Assembly: GCF_003044035.1 (NCBI RefSeq)
Contig: NZ_NVQC01000023.1
Location: forward strand, 77,301-141,300
Direction: 5' to 3'
Source of the DNA: Candidatus Methylomirabilis limnetica
Lineage (GTDB): Bacteria > Methylomirabilota > Methylomirabilia > Methylomirabilales > Methylomirabilaceae
DNA: 64,000 nt
Part shown: one piece after another, positions 57,571-64,000 of the stretch
How the letters are laid out: each line of letters opens with the position of its first letter
Numbering within the stretch: position 1 is the stretch's first letter
Notes under the pieces: model-generated
What the model was told of the DNA's origin: nothing
What the model saw: only the letters and a program-made list of their open reading frames with translations
Databases searched by the model: none
Translations under genes and position numbers: made by a program

Positions 57571-57759
57571 ATGATACAGAAGATTACCAGGAAATATCAC
57601 TTGCAAGAGCACGCCACCACACAAGCTGACTTAGCCTACTGGCTGAGTAAAACGCCCGAAGAACGCGTCGCTACCGTCGACTATTTGCGCGGACAATATT
57701 ATGGAAACGCAACCAGACTTCAGAGAGTTGCTCGCGTTGTTCAGCGCCCACCGCGTTGA
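57571..57759 (+). CDS. small hypothetical ORF overlapping the start of the downstream nucleotidyltransferase gene (possible antitoxin partner or misframed leader)
   Basis: 62-aa ORF with a 59-nt overlap. No motif recognised. Confidence 0.2.
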   Translation: MIQKITRKYHLQEHATTQADLAYWLSKTPEERVATVDYLRGQYYGNATRLQRVARVVQRPPR

Positions 57760-58147
57760 GCACCTGATTGTCGGCGGGTATGCGCTCGCCTTTCACGGCG
57801 CACCACGTTTCACCGGCGACCTTGATATCCTCGTGAGGCCTGATGCGGCCAATGCTCAACGCATCGTCACCGCACTCGAGGCCTTCGGCTTCACCTCCGT
57901 GGGCCTGACTCCAAACGATTTTGAGCACGTGGATCAGGTCATACAACTCGGTACACCTCCTGTGCGCATAGATCTGATCACCTCGATCACTGGTGTCTCC
58001 TGGGACGAGGCGTGGGCAGGCAGGACCGCTGGGCGCTACGGGGATATTCCGGTGTACTACATTGGCCGGGCACAGTTTATTGCCAACAAACGTGCGACTG
58101 GTAGAATGAAGGACATCGCGGACTTGGAAGTGCTCGGGGAAGCGTAA
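57701..58147 (+). CDS. minimal nucleotidyltransferase-fold protein (MNT-like)
   Basis: VGGYALAFHGAPRFTGDLDILV fits the NTase GS-x9-13-DhDh motif. 148 aa. Confidence 0.5.
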   Translation: METQPDFRELLALFSAHRVEHLIVGGYALAFHGAPRFTGDLDILVRPDAANAQRIVTALEAFGFTSVGLTPNDFEHVDQVIQLGTPPVRIDLITSITGVSWDEAWAGRTAGRYGDIPVYYIGRAQFIANKRATGRMKDIADLEVLGEA

Positions 58148-58247
58148 AGCCAAGTACATACTATGCGCTAAAAACCCAACCTCTACCCACACGAGACCCG
58201 AAAGAACCGAATATAGATTAACAGCGCAACCCGTTTATTGGCCTGTC

Positions 58248-58401
58248 GTAACTGCTCAGGTAGATAGACTGAAGGCTGAAGGCTTTTAGGGGTAAGCCGC
58301 GTGATTATTTAAAACCCCGAGAAGGTCTTGAGGGGCTCGATTCGTGTCTTATGAGATAATTTAGAGCCTTCAGCCTTCAGCCTAAACACCTGAGTAGTTA
58401 C
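58248..58401. repeat. MITE-like element, complete (subtype A, same orientation as 12626)
   Basis: gtaactgctcaggtagatagactgaaggctgaaggc...gccttcagccttcagcctaaacacctgagtagttac. Confidence 0.75.
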
Positions 58402-58516
58402 AATCCGAGATATCATCTGAGAAAAGGCGCTGGAGCGTTTATACGCTCGTGTAAGGGACGATGCGCCACACTGGAGGCTCTTTCACGTGCTACACAGGCC
58501 CAAGGGAAAATCCCTC

Positions 58517-59125
58517 ATGTTTGCCGCGACCCTGTTACTGCTTCAGGCAGCCTCTTTAGGGACGGGTGAGTCAGCAACCACTGGACTTACGGCAGGTGAA
58601 TTAACCAGGATGGAAAAGGGTGGCGTGGTGGTCAAGACAGATACCTACCCCACGGGGGACGGCGCGCGCGGCGCCAAAGTCAAAGCCTACTGCATCATTA
58701 ACAAGCCACCGGACGTCGCGTGGGCGGTCATGCTGGACTATCATAAGTTCGACGAATTTATGCCGCGGCTCGAGAAGGTTGAGGTTCTGGAAAAGACAAC
58801 AAGCACCATGAAGGTCACCGAGACGGTTCGCGTTCCGCTCGGCGTGATCAGCTATACGATCGATCTGATTTTTACGCCCGCGCAGAGGACAGTGAACTGG
58901 ACGCTGGATAAATCGAGGAAACACGATATCGCGGAGACGTTCGGTGCGTGGGAGATCCTCCCGTATAGACAGGATAAGACCATTCTTCGATACACAACCA
59001 CCTTGAACAGCGGCTTCTTTGTCCCCAGGTTAGTGGAAGAATTCCTGATCAGGAACGATTTGTCTGATGCGCTGTTGGGCCTGAAGCAGCGCACCGAATC
59101 CGACGGGACGTGGAAGAAGAAATGA
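58517..59125 (+). CDS. secreted SRPBCC (START/Bet v1-like) domain protein
   Basis: Signal peptide, then a polyketide-cyclase/SRPBCC-like beta-rich domain (VAWAVMLDYHKFDEFMP...). Confidence 0.5.
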   Translation: MFAATLLLLQAASLGTGESATTGLTAGELTRMEKGGVVVKTDTYPTGDGARGAKVKAYCIINKPPDVAWAVMLDYHKFDEFMPRLEKVEVLEKTTSTMKVTETVRVPLGVISYTIDLIFTPAQRTVNWTLDKSRKHDIAETFGAWEILPYRQDKTILRYTTTLNSGFFVPRLVEEFLIRNDLSDALLGLKQRTESDGTWKKK

Positions 59126-59161
59126 GACGTGCGTAGCAGTCGCACCGCCTTTGCGGCGCCT

Positions 59162-60373
59162 CTACTCGACGTAGACGATTAGCTGCACGCCCATAAGGAT
59201 CACGAAGAGAGCCGGAACCAACCCCCACCAGCGTTGTTTCATAATCCCTAACGTTCCCATGAGATACGTCATACCGGCAAGGAGCGCGGTGACCCCCTCG
59301 GTCGTGTGAGGCGAATTGGCTCGCCCGACGTAGTTGAAGTTGCTGATCGGATGCAGATGGAATAACAGGGTCACCCCTCCCATGATGGCGAGCCACGGAA
59401 AGATCATTCCCCATATCGAATGAGAGAGTATACGGCGCGCCCGCAGCCATTCCACAGACCCCATGGCGAGGACGATGATGCCGGAGAGCTTATGCTCGAT
59501 GGCCTCCCGGTCACCCAGGAGTTCGGTCAGCGTCTTTGGGCCGAACGGCCAATACTCCGGGTCGCTCCGGTAAAGGATAAACATTGCTACGCTTAGCGTC
59601 AGCAGAGGCCATAGATGGGCGAACCTGGACTTCTGACCTCCCCAGAGGGCGGAGCCTGTCATCGCCATACCCATGACGAGTACCAGCCATCCGGAAAAGT
59701 GATGGTTAAAGTTCGAGAACTCCGTATGCGCTTTCCATGTCTCCCAGCTTCCCGCTTCGTCCGGCGGGATCGTTCGATCATCGAACGGGGCCAGAAGAGG
59801 GTTCATGCTTGCGAACAACCCGTACGGATTCGGGTACCAGATCCAGAGACGGATAGCCCACATGTCCGGATACCAGGCAGTGAATGAGCTTTTCGTCTCA
59901 GGATGAATCTGAGGGCAGCCTTCTCGGGATAGTGATCGATATTCCTGCCAGTCCGCATAGCGACAGATCGCCAGGCTCCGATCCCAGTCTATTCCGGTAA
60001 ACGGGCTCTCGGCGGGACGGGCTCCAGCGGCTGTATATTTCAGCGCAACCAGTTGCCATTGCCCCTGCCTCTCGGTGTAAAGTAGTGTGGAGGGGTGGGC
60101 ATAATCAATTTGCGTGATACCTGCCTTGTAAAAGTGGTAGCCTTCTAACGGCACATTTCCCGATATCTGCACGTACCCATCCGCTTTCGCCTGCTCCAGG
60201 TCCTGATACCGCGAAGTGGACGTCCGAATATCGGCGAGAAGTCTCGCGAGGGCGAAGTCCTTTTCCGGCTCCTTCGCGTACCAGTGCCCATGATTCATAT
60301 AATAGTCAGAGCCCCAGGCCAGGCCACCGGCCAGCAGCGTGATGACCACAAACGCGATGAGTTGTCTCTTCAC
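59162..60373 (-). CDS. hypothetical membrane protein (periplasmic N-domain + 5-6 C-terminal TM helices, His-rich)
   Basis: Signal/TM start, W/Y-rich soluble region, then a hydrophobic C-terminal half. No known motif. Confidence 0.45.
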   Translation of the reverse strand: MKRQLIAFVVITLLAGGLAWGSDYYMNHGHWYAKEPEKDFALARLLADIRTSTSRYQDLEQAKADGYVQISGNVPLEGYHFYKAGITQIDYAHPSTLLYTERQGQWQLVALKYTAAGARPAESPFTGIDWDRSLAICRYADWQEYRSLSREGCPQIHPETKSSFTAWYPDMWAIRLWIWYPNPYGLFASMNPLLAPFDDRTIPPDEAGSWETWKAHTEFSNFNHHFSGWLVLVMGMAMTGSALWGGQKSRFAHLWPLLTLSVAMFILYRSDPEYWPFGPKTLTELLGDREAIEHKLSGIIVLAMGSVEWLRARRILSHSIWGMIFPWLAIMGGVTLLFHLHPISNFNYVGRANSPHTTEGVTALLAGMTYLMGTLGIMKQRWWGLVPALFVILMGVQLIVYVE

Positions 60374-60504
60374 GTACCCTCCTCCTTGTCAGCCGATCGA
60401 ACCACGGCAACATCCCCGCTTCATATTCCCCGCCGGATGCCGCCTCTAAGCCAAATGGTCTTCATCCCCGCGAAGCTTGTCCCCGCATGCTTGAAACGGG
60501 GAGC

Positions 60505-60575
60505 GGCAATCCAGAGAGGCGCTGGATTCCCCCGTATCAAGTACGTGGCAGGCTTGTCAAGCCCGGAATGACACC
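60505..60575. repeat. REP-2 structured repeat, partial copy
   Basis: ggattcccccgtatcaagtacgtggcaggcttgtcaagcccggaatgac. Confidence 0.5.
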
Positions 60576-60729
60576 CAAGCACAGAGATACAAAGTTGTCA
60601 TTGCGAACGAGGTGAAGCAATCTCGCAGATTGCCACGCACCCTGCTGGTGCTCGCAATGACAGAAAGAAGCTAGTGATTGTGCAGTCTATCGCTGTTCTT
60701 GGGTAACAAACTGTCTGCTGTTCGCCGCA

Positions 60730-62055
60730 TCACGACACCGTTTGATTCTTCGCGAAGAGGATATAGGACCTTGCTCGGCCCTCACGGATGGCCTGCTCGA
60801 CCAGGGCCCGAGGCTCCTTCGCCTTGACTCTTGGCAGGATCGCCTCGAAGAACTGGATGTAGAAATCGTCTGGCACCACGACTACGGAGGCACGCATTGT
60901 GAGCCCCGCCCGGTCGATGGTTCTCGCGTAGCGAACAGTACGGCTTTTACCGGACGCAATCCTGGTGTCAAAGAGTTCTTGTGTCAGATCAAGCGTGACC
61001 TCTCGCCCGATCCGTTCCTCTTGCACACTCTCATTCACCTGCTTACCATCCGTATCTACTAACTCCCATCGGACTATGATCTTCGGCGTAACGTAGGTTG
61101 GGACATGATGCCCAACCCCGGTATTAGCCAGCGTGATTTCAGCCTGAACTTGCTCGCCGACCTGGTAGCGCTCCTTATTTACCGAAAGACGGACGGATAC
61201 GCCTTGCTTGACCATCTCAGGATCATGGATCCCCCGCCATAGATGCCGCCGCTCCGGCATATGGCAGCCCTGACAGGTCATCCCTCCCAGCGCATACGGC
61301 CCCTCTTTCCATTCATTATAGGTGTTTTCGAGCAGCTTACCGTTCAGGGCAGACCCACTCGGCTCGAACTGGTGGCACCCTTTGCAGAACTCGGATCGCT
61401 CAAAGGCCGCCGTCCTGATGGCGCCGGCGTGGGGGAGCTGTGCTACCGGAGCGGAATTCTCAATCGAGCCGTCCCGCTTTGGCGGCCCGAAGCGCTGGTG
61501 CTTCCGAACATGGCACCCGGCACAGGTCAGACCCTTTTGCTGCAGCGAGGCCGAAAAGGCGCGGTTCGTTTTGAACTTCAACGCGGTGCTGCCCCAGACC
61601 CCTGACGCGCTCGGCAATGGCGTCGCAACGGCGCGGCGCTTCTTGAACAGAGAGGGGGAACCACCGCCTTTCTTCACGACCTTCTCCTGCTGCTCGGTGA
61701 GAGGAGCATGACAACTGTAGCAGAGGATCGCCATATTGGGATCACCATGGATAAACTCCATCGTCTGGCCTATCACGCCCGGCCCCATACTTTTACTGTG
61801 GAGGCTGCTGCTCCAATCCTCGTACTGAGTTCGATGGCAGACGGCGCAACTTTCCGGGTCAAGAGATGCCTCTATCGACGAGAAATGGGCGGGCGGCTTA
61901 CCTTGAGGCGGGATGGGCGTCTGCCAATGGCGCGTGAGAAACTCAAGCTGCGCGTCGTCATCGGCAGCGGGTGGCGGGTCTTTCATCGCCCATGCGCCAA
62001 CCGAAAGCCCCAGGCCTGCGATCACGACAGCGGTATACAGAAGAAGCCGTTTCAT
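60730..62055 (-). CDS. pentaheme c-type cytochrome (secreted)
   Basis: Five CxxCH: CAVCH, CYSCH, CAGCH, CKGCH, CQGCH. Signal peptide MKRLLLYTAVVIAGLGLSVGAWA. Start set at 62055 because the upstream in-frame 77 codons are the translated REP-2 repeat. Confidence 0.75.
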   Translation of the reverse strand: MKRLLLYTAVVIAGLGLSVGAWAMKDPPPAADDDAQLEFLTRHWQTPIPPQGKPPAHFSSIEASLDPESCAVCHRTQYEDWSSSLHSKSMGPGVIGQTMEFIHGDPNMAILCYSCHAPLTEQQEKVVKKGGGSPSLFKKRRAVATPLPSASGVWGSTALKFKTNRAFSASLQQKGLTCAGCHVRKHQRFGPPKRDGSIENSAPVAQLPHAGAIRTAAFERSEFCKGCHQFEPSGSALNGKLLENTYNEWKEGPYALGGMTCQGCHMPERRHLWRGIHDPEMVKQGVSVRLSVNKERYQVGEQVQAEITLANTGVGHHVPTYVTPKIIVRWELVDTDGKQVNESVQEERIGREVTLDLTQELFDTRIASGKSRTVRYARTIDRAGLTMRASVVVVPDDFYIQFFEAILPRVKAKEPRALVEQAIREGRARSYILFAKNQTVS

Positions 62056-62065
62056 TCTCGTCGAG

Positions 62066-62215
62066 GGTCGATACCCTGCGGCTTGCCGCGAGTTCGTCAT
62101 ACCGGCGGAAGCCGGTATCCAGAGGGCCCGACTGGATTCCGTGTCAAGCACGGAATGACGGGCCAGTACAGAAGTCGATACCCCGTAGCTTGCCGCGGGG
62201 TAGTTCATCGATGGC
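62066..62215. repeat. REP-2 structured repeat (reverse orientation, plus an extra partial unit)
   Basis: ggtcgataccctgcggcttgccgcgagttcgtcataccggcggaagccggtatcc...gtcaagcacggaatgacgggccagtacagaag. Confidence 0.65.
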
Positions 62216-62224
62216 GCCCACTCC

Positions 62225-62893
62225 TTACCTCTTGCGGGGCGTCTTGCCGGCGTCCAAAAGGATTCCGATGAGCCTCTGAGCATCATCTCCCGCCCAATCC
62301 CTCGGCCCGATGCTCCCAGCCACGACCTTCCCGTCGCGATTGATCAGGAGCCGGGTTGGCGTGGCGCGAACCCCGTACAGGTTGGCGACGCTTGAGCTGG
62401 TGTCCACAAGAGCGGGAAAGGTGAGCTTATGCTTGAGCACATAGTTCCGGACCTGGTCGGGCGGCTCGGCGATGTTCACTGCGAGCACGACGAAATCGTT
62501 CTTCTGAAACTGCTGGTAGAGGCGCTCGAGTGAGGGAAACTCCCTCAGGCAATAGCCTCACCAGGTTGCCCAGAAGGTCAGGAAGACGACCTTTCCACGC
62601 TGGTCAGCCAGCCGGACCGACTTCCCTGACACGTCCTGGAGTGTAAAGTCGGGAGCAACCGATTCGTTTCGGAGCTTAATGAACCCGAGGGCTTCCAGGG
62701 AACTATCTATGGAGACGGTTTCCTGACCAGCGCCGACAGAGATAACCGGGGAGGCGACGAGCATACAGCCGAGTAAAAGAACGGCCACCCACCCAGGGCT
62801 CTTTCTTGAGAGGTGTCGGTTTATCTTCACTGCCTTACTCTCACTTCTTGCTACCCACTGTCGCTGGTCTTGCGCCAGCTCTGAGCCAATCAT
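62225..62893 (-). CDS. TlpA/ResA-like thiol:disulfide oxidoreductase, candidate selenoprotein (in-frame TGA at 62558-62560 replaces the first Cys of the CxxC motif)
   Basis: Single reading frame ...[48 protein letters not shown]...LTFPALVD, thioredoxin-fold TlpA-like on both sides of the TGA. N-terminal TM anchor. Hairpin 11 nt downstream of the TGA. Confidence 0.65.
62532..62546 (-). promoter_or_regulatory. candidate bacterial SECIS hairpin (GAGGGA-GUU-UCCCUC) 11 nt 3' of the in-frame UGA
   Basis: Perfect 6-bp stem with a GUU loop beginning 11 nt after the UGA. This is the spacing of the minimal E. coli fdhF SECIS. Confidence 0.5.
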
Positions 62894-62903
62894 AGTTCAT
62901 AAG

Positions 62904-63058
62904 TAACTACTCAGGTGTTTAGGCTGAAGACTGAAGGTTCTAAATTATCTCGCAAGGCCCGAATCGAGCCATTCAAGATCTTTTCTGAGTTTTCTTTGAT
63001 CACGCATGACTTACCCCTAAAAGCCTTCAGCCTTCAGCCTATCTACCTGAGTAGTTAC
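62904..63058. repeat. MITE-like element, complete (subtype A)
   Basis: gtaactactcaggtgtttaggctgaagactgaagg...ccttcagccttcagcctatctacctgagtagttac. Confidence 0.75.
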
Positions 63059-63059
63059 A

Positions 63060-64000
63060 ATACCCCCGCCCATGAAGGCTGGACAGGATCATTTTCCACT
63101 TCAGCTCGTTTTGACAACGCAAAAGGGACCCACCGTGATAAAGCAAAAGGAACCCACCTCTGTTCAGTGATAGTCGGGCCTGTGGGAAGCATGGGAAAGC
63201 CGGAGGCTTTTCCATGCTGCGGTCGAAATCCGCACTGGTTGCGGGTCGTTACCACAGCGGGACGCTTCACAGGCCTGTCGCCTTCCTTCCGTTTGATACC
63301 TTGAGACTCTCGCACCAGAATCTCTCGCACTAGGATCGCCCAGCAACAACGATCGATGAGACGACCCTCAGCTCGTTCGTAGTGTCACGCCCCGCCGCGT
63401 CGATCCATCGGATCAGGATTAGGTAGTAGCCACAACACGAGGAGCAGGCTTGTGAGCCAGGCTCTTCTGCTTCAGGCTGTCCGTGAATCGGATACTCTCC
63501 CAGCCGAACTCGTGGATCGCACAGTGATGGGTGAGCCGATCCAACAGGGCCGCCGTGAGCGAGGCATCGCCGAAGACGCTCGTCCAGTGCGCAAAGGCCA
63601 GGTTCGACGTCACGATCATCGACCCCTTCTCGTAGCGATCTGAAAAGACCTGGAACAACAGTTGGGCCCCCTCGGCAGAAAAGGGGATGTAGCCAACCTC
63701 GTCGATGATGAGGAGCTCATAGCGCGACAGCCTGGCTAACTCGCGCGTGAGCTGCCGCTCCTCTCTCGCCTCGATCAGCGTAGTGGTCAGGTGCGCAGCA
63801 GTCGTGAACAGCACCCGATACCCCTTACGGCAGGCCTCGACACCCAAGACCGTGGCCGCATGCGTCTTTCCCGTACCGTGCTTCCCTAACAGGACCAGGT
63901 TCTCCCGCCGGCTGATGTACTGACACTCAGCGTACGCGCGCACCTGGGTGACCTCGAATCCCGGCCACTTGGTCAGGTCCGTCGTCTCCAGGGTCCTCAG
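63060..64000. mobile_element. IS21-family insertion sequence, right-hand end (terminus with short direct repeats, plus istB). Continues beyond the window.
   Basis: istB helper ATPase gene, with repeated aaagg(g/a)acccacc motifs at 63120-63160 in the sub-terminal region, as in IS21 ends. Confidence 0.6.
63419..64000 (-). CDS. istB: IS21-family transposition helper ATPase IstB (5'-partial, runs off the window)
   Basis: Walker A LLGKHGTGKTHAA and Walker B LLIIDEVGY. The frame stays open to position 64000. Confidence 0.8.
   Translation of the reverse strand: MRTLETTDLTKWPGFEVTQVRAYAECQYISRRENLVLLGKHGTGKTHAATVLGVEACRKGYRVLFTTAAHLTTTLIEAREERQLTRELARLSRYELLIIDEVGYIPFSAEGAQLLFQVFSDRYEKGSMIVTSNLAFAHWTSVFGDASLTAALLDRLTHHCAIHEFGWESIRFTDSLKQKSLAHKPAPRVVATT

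Noticed and set aside
57363-57629. 88-aa plus-strand ORF upstream of the NTase locus
   Set aside because: No RBS-like context and low-complexity composition. Overlaps the small 57571 ORF in another frame. Probably non-coding.
1-64000. Search for tRNA, rRNA and tmRNA genes, especially near the argS island boundaries
   Set aside because: No cloverleaf-compatible segments with conserved GTTC / T-loop and anticodon-stem features were found by eye. The island targets a protein-gene 3' end, not a tRNA. A tRNAscan run would be needed to be certain.

Overview
This is a 64 kb stretch of a high-GC (about 60%) bacterial chromosome, probably from an uncultivated lineage; I cannot place the taxon from sequence alone. 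It is densely coding and mostly housekeeping or transport. Recognisable genes include a peptidoglycan-recycling cluster (anmK, a SIS protein, a D-aminoacylase, a C26 peptidase, nagZ), an H+-pyrophosphatase, purF, argS, pyruvate kinase, gpsA, lgt, a P-type ATPase, NhaA, an alpha-glucan phosphorylase and several c-type cytochromes.

The most notable features are:
- **Defence island at argS.** About 8 kb is inserted at the 3' end of argS and bracketed by a roughly 200 bp direct duplication of the argS 3' end. It carries a Type III restriction-modification pair (mod/res), a VapBC toxin-antitoxin pair, and a large uncharacterised 808-aa protein. That protein has a central PD-(D/E)xK nuclease motif and a C-terminal SEC-C zinc motif, and is my best candidate for an undescribed defence component. 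A HicAB-like pair sits just outside the island.
- **Candidate selenoprotein.** A TlpA/ResA-like thiol:disulfide oxidoreductase has an in-frame TGA exactly at the first Cys of its CxxC motif, with a 6-bp stem-loop 11 nt downstream of the TGA as in bacterial SECIS elements. It lies upstream of a pentaheme cytochrome c.
- **Repeat families.** Three interspersed non-coding families are prominent: a roughly 150-bp MITE-like element with 35-bp terminal inverted repeats (about 14 copies, two internal subtypes), a roughly 130-nt multi-hairpin element fused at a fixed site into some MITE copies, and poly-C/poly-G hairpin clusters at gene ends.
- **Other points.** An NRAMP homologue has magnesium-transporter-type motif substitutions and sits in an operon with an MgtE N-domain/CBS protein that lacks a pore. 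Other oddities are a YHS-domain fused to alpha-glucan phosphorylase, duplicated 94-aa CBM48 mini-proteins flanking a decayed ISAzo13 transposase, and an IS21 end (istB) running off the right edge.

No rRNA, tRNA or CRISPR array was found. All calls rest on motif recognition by eye; no database search was run.
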